From the IMG/VR virus record IMGVR_UViG_3300008267_000208, positions 1 to 53,787 of that record: a stretch of 53,787 nt of DNA; one strand, written 5' to 3'. The position numbers and the translations under genes are program-made. Of this stretch, positions 29,083 through 38,980 are shown one piece after another. Within the stretch, counting starts at the first letter, position 1, and every line of letters begins with the position of its first letter. Source of the stretch: a virus (lineage: Duplodnaviria > Caudoviricetes). The notes below the pieces were generated by a model, which searched no databases, was not told where the DNA came from, and was given only the letters and a program-made list of their open reading frames with translations.

Positions 29083-29781
29083 CTTAACCCCAACTGGAAT
29101 ATCGATTCTATTGGTAGCCCCGTCGGGAAAAAAAGTTAAATCAACATCAGGCTGATTTTCTTTAATATGTTTTCTTAATTCCCTCGAGTCTCGAGCTAGT
29201 AAGTGATTATCAACAAACTCTCGAATTGTTTTTGTTTCTCTATCTCCATTAACTGAAGTGATCATATATTTCAAACGTGTTGAAAGTTCAGGAGAAGCGT
29301 TTTTATTAATTTTTTTAAGACCTTCTAATTCAGTTTGAATTTTTTGTTCATCGCCATGAGTTAGAATCTTATAAGTAATATTAACACCAGTTGATAATAA
29401 TGTATAATTAAATTCGTTAATACCTTTGTTTGAATGCTCAAATGGTTTATTGTCAATACCTGACAAATCTACAGTATATTCAGTTCCATCATAATCAAAT
29501 GAATAATCTTTACCATATCCTAAGACACGAGCCGCAACCATAATTGCGTTTTTATCTCCTACAATTAGATCATTATAGTTGATTTTAGAGACAATAAGTG
29601 CTTGTAGCAGTTTGTCTAACACAATGCCTTTTTGAATATATGATTGGTTAGTAAGGATATCTTCTTCCTTAGCTGTCATATATTTCATTTCAATTTTTCC
29701 GCTTGATAGGGGATTTTCTTCTGGGTAGAGCAGACCTTTTGAAGGTAATTCAATAACTTCCGTTGGGATGTTGTTTTCCAT
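29062..29781 (-). CDS. Tail/baseplate hub assembly chaperone (gp26/gp51-like)
   Basis: ELPSKG..Y, MTAKEEDIL, GDKNAI..AR..YG; lies between tube and tape measure genes. Confidence 0.75.
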   Translation of the reverse strand: MENNIPTEVIELPSKGLLYPEENPLSSGKIEMKYMTAKEEDILTNQSYIQKGIVLDKLLQALIVSKINYNDLIVGDKNAIMVAARVLGYGKDYSFDYDGTEYTVDLSGIDNKPFEHSNKGINEFNYTLLSTGVNITYKILTHGDEQKIQTELEGLKKINKNASPELSTRLKYMITSVNGDRETKTIREFVDNHLLARDSRELRKHIKENQPDVDLTFFPDGATNRIDIPVGVKFFWPDF

Positions 29782-29812
29782 AAATTTAATTTAATGTAAC
29801 TTATTTTGTTAT

Positions 29813-29843
29813 AAATATAATAAAAATAAAGGAGCTCGCCAAG
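29813..29843 (-). promoter_or_regulatory. Class A promoter CTTGG-N19-TATATTT overlapping a terminator
   Basis: Motif match. Confidence 0.55.
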
Positions 29844-29861
29844 TTTAGGCGAGCTTTCTTT
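29822..29861 (-). terminator. Intrinsic terminator after the tail tube gene
   Basis: AGCTCGCC/GGCGAGCT stem with U-rich flanks on both sides. Confidence 0.75.
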
Positions 29862-29879
29862 AATTTGTTTTTGTTTGAA

Positions 29880-30368
29880 TTAGAAATTCAAGATACAATA
29901 GTCCATTCCTAAGTTAACAGTCAATTCTTGAGCTGATGCTTCATCGTCCCAACTGTAATCACCAAACTTAGCAGATTTGATAAATGCTCCTTTGATAATC
30001 CATTCTGAAACGATATCGCCTACAGGTCCTAGAACGTTAATAGTTACATCTTTCTTATAGAAATCTGAGTAACCATCACGGCCAGTAACAGATTCATGAT
30101 GTAAACGTACCCATTCCATTACTGATTGAGCACCTGAGGGAGTGATAGGATCAAACAATGTCATTTCGATATCATCCCATACTGCTTTACCTTTGATTTT
30201 ACGGTAAACATTGATGTGGTTTAATTTGATTTCATCCATTGTTACTCCTACAGCACCAATCTTTTTAATTGTATATGAAGGAATACCATCAACATACATA
30301 ATAAAGCGATTTTTTACCTTAGGTTCAAATGCTGTGAAAAATATTTCGTTTGGTGATATAATTGCCAT
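29880..30368 (-). CDS. Tail tube protein (gp19-like)
   Basis: FEPK..NRF, W..I..T..D, W.IKGAF; follows the sheath gene. Confidence 0.88.
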   Translation of the reverse strand: MAIISPNEIFFTAFEPKVKNRFIMYVDGIPSYTIKKIGAVGVTMDEIKLNHINVYRKIKGKAVWDDIEMTLFDPITPSGAQSVMEWVRLHHESVTGRDGYSDFYKKDVTINVLGPVGDIVSEWIIKGAFIKSAKFGDYSWDDEASAQELTVNLGMDYCILNF

Positions 30369-30414
30369 TTTCTTTTATATTTTTATTTGTTATAAATATA
30401 TACCTGTCTAATTT

Positions 30415-32160
30415 TTATGCGGGGAATGAAGCACCAGTTGGAGTAACGTTGAAATCTAAATAAATAAATTCAGCGGTTTTAGTTGGTTGTAAGTATATTT
30501 GACCAACTAACTCGTTTCTGTCAATTACATCAGGACCATTGTTTGTTTCGTTCATAATCACCTTAAACGCGTACAATCCTTGGCGTTGTTGAACGCTTGT
30601 TAAGTAAGGGTTAACTTGGCTTAAGAATTGATTTCTTGTTGCAATTGAGTTTTGTTCAAACACCAATGTATTTGCAATTTGAGAAATATACGATTTAAGA
30701 GCAATTAACAAACGACGAACGTTTACACGATCAAGAGCAGATGCTCTTAGTTGAAGTGTTTTCTGACCGTATACTACTACTCCTTGTCCTGGGAATGTTG
30801 CAATTGGATTTACTTTAGCAGCATACAGATCATTACGATTACCTTGTGATAATTTTTTCTCTGCTCTTACTACTGTATTTAATCCACCTCTGTTGATACC
30901 TGCTGGTGCAAACCAAGGTTCTGCTACTGAATCGTTATATGCATATACACCTGCAATTGCTGTTGAAGCTGGTACCCAAACGTATTCACCTGTTGAAGGT
31001 TCAACTACTTGCAACCATGGCCAATACATAGCTCCGTATGAAGTATCTCTTGAAGTAGCTGCTGATGAAGCATCAGAAATTGTTTTTCCATATGCTACTG
31101 GGTCAATTACATAGATAAAATCTCCACGGTTTTGAGCAACTTGAATTAACTCACCAACTGGTCCTGCAAAAGGAGCAGCACTATATAGTCCTGGAGTGAA
31201 TAATACATTAAATTTATAATCGTCAGTATTTGTAAACAAGTCAATCATGTTATCATAATCTGATCCTGTTACTCCTTGAGAATTACCATTACCTATTAAA
31301 CCAATTGTATTATAAAAATTAACTCCACCAGGTATGCTACCAATTGCTCCACCAAATGTTCCTGAAGCGTTTGTTGGAATTGAACCTGTAAATTGTGGTT
31401 TGAAATTTCCTGCGTTATCAAAGAAATTAGGTGTAGTATAGTTTACAGCACTTACTCTTACGTAATTTGATCTATTAGCAAATGAACCTGAGAATACAAT
31501 TTGAGAATTTGTTGAATCATATTCTTCTCTAAAATCACCAATTACACGAGAAATATAATTTGGAGAGTTTGGATCTAATGTTAAGTTTGTCCAAGTTTCT
31601 AGTACTACTGGTTGTAGTGTACCATCATTACCTCTTCTGATCAATAAATCAAATGTTCCAGAAGATGATCTAGCATTGACAATTTGCCATCTTACGTTAT
31701 CTGATGAACCACTAGGTAAATTTCCACCTGCTGTTTCAGTACTAGTACTATTCATAATAGTACCTTCAGAGAAAGTTTCAAGTACAAATGGAGATAATCC
31801 TGTTGATGGACCTCCAGAACCGGTTGGTATTCTTGAACTAGTTGCTGGAGAGTATGAAGCTCCTGAGCCAGATACTACTCTAGCTACTAATAGTGATTGA
31901 CCTCCATTAGCAAAATAATTATATGCTGTGATAGAGGTAAAATAAGTATAGTTTTTCTTGTTATCAGTACTACCGCTTTCTAAAGTAGTACCAAAAATAT
32001 TTTGGAATTGATTCCATGTAGTTACTACTGTTGGAATTTCAACTGGGCCTTTAACGGTTGGTCCAATGATCGCTGCTCCTACAGTAACTGGTCTTTTAGA
32101 CACAAAAGAAGAATCATTTTCTCTTGCTAAGACACCGGGTGATATTAGTACTTCTGCCAT
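30415..32160 (-). CDS. Tail sheath protein (gp18-like)
   Basis: SPGV...E.D, YF.NGG, PWFAPAG..RG, VNPI, GQKT, RVNVRRL, VFEQN. Confidence 0.95.
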   Translation of the reverse strand: MAEVLISPGVLARENDSSFVSKRPVTVGAAIIGPTVKGPVEIPTVVTTWNQFQNIFGTTLESGSTDNKKNYTYFTSITAYNYFANGGQSLLVARVVSGSGASYSPATSSRIPTGSGGPSTGLSPFVLETFSEGTIMNSTSTETAGGNLPSGSSDNVRWQIVNARSSSGTFDLLIRRGNDGTLQPVVLETWTNLTLDPNSPNYISRVIGDFREEYDSTNSQIVFSGSFANRSNYVRVSAVNYTTPNFFDNAGNFKPQFTGSIPTNASGTFGGAIGSIPGGVNFYNTIGLIGNGNSQGVTGSDYDNMIDLFTNTDDYKFNVLFTPGLYSAAPFAGPVGELIQVAQNRGDFIYVIDPVAYGKTISDASSAATSRDTSYGAMYWPWLQVVEPSTGEYVWVPASTAIAGVYAYNDSVAEPWFAPAGINRGGLNTVVRAEKKLSQGNRNDLYAAKVNPIATFPGQGVVVYGQKTLQLRASALDRVNVRRLLIALKSYISQIANTLVFEQNSIATRNQFLSQVNPYLTSVQQRQGLYAFKVIMNETNNGPDVIDRNELVGQIYLQPTKTAEFIYLDFNVTPTGASFPA

Positions 32161-32213
32161 TGTTTTTTAGTTATTTTAATTTATTATAAATATGGCAAAA
32201 CCTTTTAAAAATA

Positions 32214-32462
32214 TTAGCTACTTATAAATTCCCCTTTTTCAAGGTTAATAGATCCGTCACCATATTTTTGTTGTAGAGTTTCACCTACCTTAATTTCCTC
32301 TTGACGTAGTTGTTGTAAGTTGATCTTGAGTTGTTCTTTTTGCAATTCAAGATCTTGAAATCTCATTTCTAAAACTCCAAACTGTTCAACTAGTTGGATA
32401 CGTTTTTCTTGAATTAATTTTAGTGATTGAATTTCTTCTTGTGTTAAAACTTTTGTTGTCAT
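32214..32462 (-). CDS. Small coiled-coil protein
   Basis: Heptad pattern; KYGDGSINLEKGEF C-terminus. Confidence 0.7.
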   Translation of the reverse strand: MTTKVLTQEEIQSLKLIQEKRIQLVEQFGVLEMRFQDLELQKEQLKINLQQLRQEEIKVGETLQQKYGDGSINLEKGEFISS

Positions 32463-32506
32463 AAATTTTATTCTTAAATTGTACTACTATAAATATTTAA
32501 AAGTAT

Positions 32507-34174
32507 TTAATCTATAAAAAAGGTATATGAAGATAATAAAGGTTGAGATCCTACATTCCAATTTACTGTATCAGAAATAGTACCTGTAGTCCATATAGTT
32601 TGTCCATTTGAACTATCAATTTTGTAACCATTTACATTTTTTACATATTGAGTTGCTATTGGGTCTAATGACCAAGATGCTCTTAATAGGGATGTACTAG
32701 AACTTATAATGAGTGAAGTAGCTCCAGGAGCTGATCCGGATAGATAAGCATCATTTGTAGTTTTATATTCTACTCCACCTGCTAGTTTAATAGTTCTTCC
32801 TAATGGGGATGAGCTAGTTAAGTTAGAACAAATCCACCCTGCAGATCCTGTAATGGTAATTGGTTGGGAATTTGATGCAAGACCTAATAGTATATTAGAA
32901 GCAGTAAGAGAAGAACTAATAGTTATAGTATTATTTCCTTGTACTGTAAATCCTCCCCAATTGATAGTATTTGTATCTAAAATAAGACTTGAACCTGCAT
33001 TTGCTACAAGTGTAGTAGAGGTAGTACTTAAAGTTCCTCCTGTGGAGTTATTATATATTTTTGTTGCTGGTAGGCTGGTTCCATTTGTTATTGTTGAAGG
33101 AAATGTTACTGAACCCCCATTTGTTTTTATTTCTATGTCACTACTATTTAAATTAAGTAAATTGGTTATTGTTCTACCAGAAGCAGAGCCAGTTATTGTT
33201 AATGGAATTTTTATGAATGAGTCTGCTATAGAAATGTTTCCATAAATATTTACTCGATTACTAGAAGAACTTCCAGTAATTGTTCGAACTACGCCTACAG
33301 TTGAAATAGAAGAACTTATATTTAAACTTGAAGATAATATAACAGTATGTGTAGTACCATATAACCCATTATCTAAATATCTATTCCAGGTCATATTTCC
33401 TGTATCTAGAGCACATCCTATTGCTTGAAGATAATGACTATTAGTAAAAGTAATACCACTAGCGGTTACGTATGTTAATTTTCCACCTTTATAAATTAAA
33501 GAAGTAGCAAAGTTTATATATCCCGATCCACTAATAACTAAATTATTTTGAAGTATACCTTGAGGAGGAGGATTAACAGTAATTGAAGAAGTTCTATTTG
33601 TTAAAGGTGAAATATAGATAGTAGATGATCCACTAACTAAATTTACACTAGTCATATTTCCTTTTATAAATAAATTACTTCCATTTATATTCGTAATTAA
33701 ACTAGTAGTACCACTGTATATTGTTATGAAACTATCTGTAATAGAGCATGTGTCTATTAAATTAAGCGTTTTACCTAAGGATGACTGGATACTAAAAATT
33801 TTAAAATTAGATATAGATTTACCATTAGAAGTAATATTAATAGAAGTTGATAAACTATTTGAAGCATATGATACTATAGTTCCAGATCCTGTAATTCCAT
33901 TACTTCCCATTGATGGGGATAAAATTAAATCTCCTGCTACATTTAAATCACCAGATGCTGTAAATTGTCTATTGTATTCTGTAAAGCCAGATGATGAAAA
34001 AAATAGATTTCTAACATTTCCAGAAGATATGGTACAATTTCCACTATTAGAGGTAAAATAAGCATCATCATTAAATGTTGGAATCGCCCCATTTGCCGGA
34101 CCATTATCTGATAATGACCAACTTTGGGCTGAATTCCACACTCCATCTGAACTTCTAAAATAATATATAGCCAC
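32507..34174 (-). CDS. Beta-rich tail fibre / adhesin-like protein, paralogue of 38981..40543
   Basis: S/T/G/N/I-rich; shares the C-terminal IDSS.GQTIW...NW..GS motif. Confidence 0.65.
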   Translation of the reverse strand: MAIYYFRSSDGVWNSAQSWSLSDNGPANGAIPTFNDDAYFTSNSGNCTISSGNVRNLFFSSSGFTEYNRQFTASGDLNVAGDLILSPSMGSNGITGSGTIVSYASNSLSTSINITSNGKSISNFKIFSIQSSLGKTLNLIDTCSITDSFITIYSGTTSLITNINGSNLFIKGNMTSVNLVSGSSTIYISPLTNRTSSITVNPPPQGILQNNLVISGSGYINFATSLIYKGGKLTYVTASGITFTNSHYLQAIGCALDTGNMTWNRYLDNGLYGTTHTVILSSSLNISSSISTVGVVRTITGSSSSNRVNIYGNISIADSFIKIPLTITGSASGRTITNLLNLNSSDIEIKTNGGSVTFPSTITNGTSLPATKIYNNSTGGTLSTTSTTLVANAGSSLILDTNTINWGGFTVQGNNTITISSSLTASNILLGLASNSQPITITGSAGWICSNLTSSSPLGRTIKLAGGVEYKTTNDAYLSGSAPGATSLIISSSTSLLRASWSLDPIATQYVKNVNGYKIDSSNGQTIWTTGTISDTVNWNVGSQPLLSSYTFFID

Positions 34175-34178
34175 TATT

Positions 34179-35849
34179 TTATGATTTAATGTAGTTTATA
34201 GTTAAACTAACTTTTGTAACTGTTGGGACTGGTGAAGCAAGTACTCTAAATACAATTACATCATTAGCAGAGAATCCAGGTGTCCAAGTTGATAAACTTA
34301 AATCTCTTGCAAATCTAGCTCCACCTAATGAAGGAATCTCAGAACCTGCTATTGATGCTGAAGTAGCTAAAGAGTCAGTACTTACATATACACCAATATT
34401 ACATGCTCCTGCAGCATCCGATGCCATTGTCCATCCTGTAAATGTTCCATTACATGGCATAGATATGTATCCCTTTTCTCCTGCGGTTAATGTTCCTCCT
34501 CCTCCATCAATAGTGATACCAAAACTTCCACTTTTAATGTTTGGGGCAGTTGGTGCAAAAGAAGCACTTAATGCATAAGAAGAACTGAGAGCGTATGAGC
34601 TACTTAACGCATATGATGATGAAATAGAATATGAAGCACTTAATGCATATGAACTACTTAACGCGTATGATGATGAAATAGAATATGAAGCACTTACAGC
34701 ATGAGATGAACTTAAAGCGTATGAAGCGCTTAATGCGTAGGATGATGAAACAACATAAGAAGCACTTGTTGCGTAACTAGATGAACCTATTAAAGTAAAA
34801 CCGGAACCCATAGTTATATTACCAGCCATAGTACCACCAGCTAATCTAAGATATCTAGCATCTGCTGCTGTTTGATCTAATGGAGCTATTGGGTACCATT
34901 GACGTGATCCCGAGCTCCATATAAAACTATCACCATTATTTGCTGCAATGTCACCGGATATAATCCATACTAAACCATCAGATAATGAGGAAGTTACTGT
35001 TCCTGAACTGCTTAATATTAATGAAGCTGATGTACCTGTTGTTGTTGCTGATAATCCTGTTGCTATGTTGCCTGTAATTGAATCTGGAGATGTTCCATTT
35101 ACTGTTCTTACTGAAGATGTTATTGTTAGGCCATTTATTGTAATTCCGGGACCTTGTATTAAATTAACATATGAGGCAGTATCTGCTGTTCCTTTTAAAC
35201 TACCAGAAAAAGATCCAGTTGCTGTTAAATTAGTTCCGTCAAATTTTAATTTATTAACACCACCAAAAGCTCCTGCATTATTGTATTGGATTTCGGTATT
35301 ATTTCCTTGTGGGGACCCATCTCCACCTCCAAAAGCTGTAGAAGCAGTATAATACAATTCTCCTGTTGTATTATCAAATGTTACAACATGAGATTTATTA
35401 GCAGTTTCTAAGCCTTTAAATCTAACTGAACCTGTTGAATTTAATGATCCTGTAAAAATTAAAGTGTTAGTTGTATAATCAAATTTAAGATTAGATGAAC
35501 CACTAAAAGTACTTCCACTGTTAAATTGAATTTGAGTATCTTGACCTCCTGGAGTTCCTGATCCTCCCGATCCTGTATTGATAGTAATAGGAAATGTTGT
35601 TCCATTTCCTTTTGTAAAAGTAATTGTATTTGAAGTAACAGAAGCTGTTACTAAAGCATTTGGGGTAAAAGAAGCGGTTGTGGCTGTTCCGTTTAAAGAT
35701 CCACTAAATGAACCTGTAAATTGGGTATCTCCATTTCCTGTACCACTAACACTTCCATATATAGAATCAACGGGACCTATAAGATCATTTATGATACTTC
35801 GAGCGATGAAGCCAGAATCGCCATTATTTAATTCAGGTATATTACTCAT
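34179..35849 (-). CDS. Tail fibre protein with SYALS repeats
   Basis: IQFN/IQYN modules, FSGSL.GTA, 6-aa repeats, C-terminal NIKSGSFG domain. Confidence 0.7.
   Translation of the reverse strand: MSNIPELNNGDSGFIARSIINDLIGPVDSIYGSVSGTGNGDTQFTGSFSGSLNGTATTASFTPNALVTASVTSNTITFTKGNGTTFPITINTGSGGSGTPGGQDTQIQFNSGSTFSGSSNLKFDYTTNTLIFTGSLNSTGSVRFKGLETANKSHVVTFDNTTGELYYTASTAFGGGDGSPQGNNTEIQYNNAGAFGGVNKLKFDGTNLTATGSFSGSLKGTADTASYVNLIQGPGITINGLTITSSVRTVNGTSPDSITGNIATGLSATTTGTSASLILSSSGTVTSSLSDGLVWIISGDIAANNGDSFIWSSGSRQWYPIAPLDQTAADARYLRLAGGTMAGNITMGSGFTLIGSSSYATSASYVVSSSYALSASYALSSSHAVSASYSISSSYALSSSYALSASYSISSSYALSSSYALSSSYALSASFAPTAPNIKSGSFGITIDGGGGTLTAGEKGYISMPCNGTFTGWTMASDAAGACNIGVYVSTDSLATSASIAGSEIPSLGGARFARDLSLSTWTPGFSANDVIVFRVLASPVPTVTKVSLTINYIKS
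34555..34790 (-). repeat. Degenerate 18-bp (S-Y-A-L-S-S/A) coding repeats, including a ~54-bp duplication at 34597-34704
   Basis: Visible in both DNA and protein. Confidence 0.85.
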
Positions 35850-35864
35850 TTTTTATTATAAATA

Positions 35865-36728
35865 TTAAGTATTTTTAATATCGTTTATGTTGTTTACTAT
35901 TTGTTCGCTTACTCTAATTTTAACTACATCTTGTAGTTTTTTCAATGCGGTTACATCCTTTTGTAATACATCGGGGATAATATATCCATTCATTTTAATA
36001 CTGAATGTACTACTTACTATTCTTTCTTCTTTATCTGCTAGTTCTGTTTTAATAGTAAATGAATCAATCATCGCTCTAAACTGAAAACGAGAAGGATCGC
36101 CCCAATATGAATCAGAAGCATATTCAATTGCTTCAATAATTTTATTGAGCTGATCCATGTAGTAAGTATTGATGGTACAGGTATAAGTTACTGTAATGTA
36201 ATCGGGAACTACGACTGCGTAATATTGCTTTTGGGGTCTAACATTATTTAGTATGCTAAAATTGTCGTATGCGTTTTTAGGGCTATAACTTTTTCCTTGT
36301 ATTGAAATATTGTTTGGATTATTTGCATCTAATTTATTAGCAATTGTTCTTACTTTATCAATGCTATCTCTTTTGAACATGATGATCGGCATCATGATTC
36401 TACCTTGAGAATCTCTAAAGTATCCGAACTTTTGAAATGAAGCCCATTTTTCTGGTGAACCATAAATTATTGGAACTTCAATTCTTGTTCCGTTTTGTAT
36501 TACAAATGGTCTAATTACATTTTGAAAGTAATACATTATGGATTCATCAATATCCTGAATACCAATTGAGAATGGTTTTGTAGAATCTCCTGTAAAGGAA
36601 ACTTGTTTTCCTCTATTAACACCATTAGCGCTATTAGGATTTCCCATCTCAGTATCGAACGCTTTATGCTGTTCAGTACTAAGTTCTCTTTGTGTTTTAG
36701 GGATTGGAGTTCTACTATTTTTAGCCAT
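35865..36728 (-). CDS. Tail sheath stabiliser / terminator (gp15-like)
   Basis: VPIIYGSPEKW, P....Y, QLNKIIE; follows the neck genes. Confidence 0.7.
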   Translation of the reverse strand: MAKNSRTPIPKTQRELSTEQHKAFDTEMGNPNSANGVNRGKQVSFTGDSTKPFSIGIQDIDESIMYYFQNVIRPFVIQNGTRIEVPIIYGSPEKWASFQKFGYFRDSQGRIMMPIIMFKRDSIDKVRTIANKLDANNPNNISIQGKSYSPKNAYDNFSILNNVRPQKQYYAVVVPDYITVTYTCTINTYYMDQLNKIIEAIEYASDSYWGDPSRFQFRAMIDSFTIKTELADKEERIVSSTFSIKMNGYIIPDVLQKDVTALKKLQDVVKIRVSEQIVNNINDIKNT

Positions 36729-37293
36729 TATCTTTATATTTAAATATGAACTTTTTACAAGTTTTATATTTTCCCCCCAAATGAAGTCTCATATTAACTT
36801 CATGTACTCCTACTGATTGAGCAGCTATTTTAGAAGATTCATATTCTTTTATAAAATTACCATTTAAGTCATATTGCATTGTGGGTTTGTTTCTAGCTAA
36901 TATTCCTGCTTCTATTTGATGTTGGGGAATAGTCCAGTTTCCTTTTCTTTGTTTACTCATCATATCTCCAAATCCATCAGGTTTTGGTTTTGAATTGGAT
37001 TTACCTATTTTAGTTTTAGTTTCTTCAGTAAGATGGTATCCTCCTGTAGGTCCGTTTCCTCCAATATTTTTATTTTCTAATTTAAATCCCCAAGATTTAA
37101 ACAATGATATGTAATGCTTTTCCCAAAATTTCCATTCGGAGGATGGAATTTCATCAATTACATTGATTTGTAAATTTTTATATTTTTTATAAGTATGATC
37201 CGCCAATCTTATATTTATTGGATTTTTTGTTTTTCCTATATAAAAAGGAACCCCATTTTCTTTACTTAGATAATATATGAATGTTTTTTCCAT
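36721..37293 (-). CDS. Free-standing GIY-YIG homing endonuclease with NUMOD1 C-terminus
   Basis: FIYYL...FYIGKT...R..H, E...I, N...GG.G, QYDLNGNFIKEYES; ATG at 37293. Confidence 0.85.
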   Translation of the reverse strand: MEKTFIYYLSKENGVPFYIGKTKNPINIRLADHTYKKYKNLQINVIDEIPSSEWKFWEKHYISLFKSWGFKLENKNIGGNGPTGGYHLTEETKTKIGKSNSKPKPDGFGDMMSKQRKGNWTIPQHQIEAGILARNKPTMQYDLNGNFIKEYESSKIAAQSVGVHEVNMRLHLGGKYKTCKKFIFKYKDNG

Positions 37294-37294
37294 T

Positions 37295-37807
37295 TTATAG
37301 TAAACGAGTACGTTGAATGTTAATTCTGTCACTAGGCACGTAATGGGTTTCACAAGTTACTGAAACGTTATATCCAAATTCAGCTAATCCTGGATTTAAT
37401 GGATTTATTTCATTAGGATAGTCAGGATCTTTACCTGCCCAGAATTGAGTGATATTTGTATTATCTACTTCCCAATAACTTTCTTGATATAATATAATGT
37501 CTCCTACTTCAGGATGCACGTTTGCATCAACTAAATCATCTCTTAAGAATGCAAAAGTTACAGGCCAATCAAAGTTTACACCTAAATCACTTGTAGGACT
37601 TGTATTATCACCAACTGTAATTAATGCGTTTAATAGCACTGGTCCGTCAAAGAATTTCCCACCAGATGCTTCACCATACATGTTAATAACTGTTTCTTTT
37701 AACTTGTATTTATAAAAAGCACACTGTTGAGTGATGATGTCTCCCATCAACTCTCTATTCATTCTTCTTAGGAATGAAATATCTCTTGAGGATCCAAATA
37801 ATGCCAT
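37295..37807 (-). CDS. Neck protein (gp14-like)
   Basis: N.YGE, P.VGDII.Y...WEV; follows the gp13-like gene. Confidence 0.75.
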   Translation of the reverse strand: MALFGSSRDISFLRRMNRELMGDIITQQCAFYKYKLKETVINMYGEASGGKFFDGPVLLNALITVGDNTSPTSDLGVNFDWPVTFAFLRDDLVDANVHPEVGDIILYQESYWEVDNTNITQFWAGKDPDYPNEINPLNPGLAEFGYNVSVTCETHYVPSDRINIQRTRLL

Positions 37808-37808
37808 C

Positions 37809-38942
37809 TTATCCTATGAATATTACCATTGGTGACTTTGAGAGTTCGCTCATTGCTGAATCGCTTTCTGCTTGTTTTCTTGCTAATAATGCTTGACGAG
37901 AAGTTTCATCAAAATATACTCTTAATCTTTCTAGTAATGCTGTTTTATCTGTAGTAGCAGATGCTAATAAATCAGCTTGATTTAATGTAATTTCTCTATT
38001 TGGGATAGGAACTTGAGTATATTTTCCACGAACATATCCTAGCATTTCTTTACATAAAGCTAGTGTATATTCAAATATCCATTGTCTTCCTATTGAATTA
38101 ATTTGAGAGTATATTGGATTAGTGAAATTAGCATTTGATGCGTTTGTTACTGCTCCTGGTGCTTGTCCAATAACGCTATTATTTCTTTCCTCAATACTGA
38201 TATACTGGAACCAAATATAGTGATCATCATGAGGTGGTATAGGAAATATTCTTAATTTATTATTTATCAATTCAAATGAATATCCTGCTAATGAAATTTC
38301 ATTTTGCATTTCAACTGCTTGAGCAGATTGAAGTAATAGACTTGTTGGATACATTAGAAATCCTGTCGATCCAAATAAACCATAAGCACCAACTGCTGGA
38401 ACTCCACCTAGACCTGAGAATACACTTAAGTTATATACTTGGTTAACTGCTGGAGGTGGCTGCCAAAATATTCTTTTGATTTCCATTCCACCAGTTACGT
38501 TGTTTTCTATAGCCCATAGATTAAAATCATAATCTTGAACTCCAGCTATAGCTTTAAATGAACCACTATACCAAGTAACATTTCCTCCTACTCCTGCTTC
38601 AGAGCCATATTGTTGAGACAATCTAATTACTCCAGCCATTGAAGGTGTAGTAATAGCATGATTCATGTTTGAAGCAGTAGAAGAACCAATTACATTTAAT
38701 AAATTATCTCTTAATTGGAAAGCATATAATTCATTTCCGTATGTAGTAACGGCTTCTTCAAATGCAGCATAAAAATTTAAATCCTGCAATTCGACATCCA
38801 TAATTGGATATCCTAATCGTCTAGCGCAAAAAGTTGTTACTTTATCTGCGTCCGCTTGAAATTGTGGATCAAAATCATAGAATCCAAATGGAGTTTCTCC
38901 TGGAGAAAATGATGAGCTACCTGGATATATAGGAATATTCAT
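37809..38942 (-). CDS. Neck protein (gp13-like)
   Basis: RRLGYP..DVEL, WI.EY.LAL.K..LG.VRGKY, LN..DL. Confidence 0.85.
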   Translation of the reverse strand: MNIPIYPGSSSFSPGETPFGFYDFDPQFQADADKVTTFCARRLGYPIMDVELQDLNFYAAFEEAVTTYGNELYAFQLRDNLLNVIGSSTASNMNHAITTPSMAGVIRLSQQYGSEAGVGGNVTWYSGSFKAIAGVQDYDFNLWAIENNVTGGMEIKRIFWQPPPAVNQVYNLSVFSGLGGVPAVGAYGLFGSTGFLMYPTSLLLQSAQAVEMQNEISLAGYSFELINNKLRIFPIPPHDDHYIWFQYISIEERNNSVIGQAPGAVTNASNANFTNPIYSQINSIGRQWIFEYTLALCKEMLGYVRGKYTQVPIPNREITLNQADLLASATTDKTALLERLRVYFDETSRQALLARKQAESDSAMSELSKSPMVIFIG

Positions 38943-38980
38943 TGGAAAGTCAATTTATTATAAATATTGACTTTTTCAAT

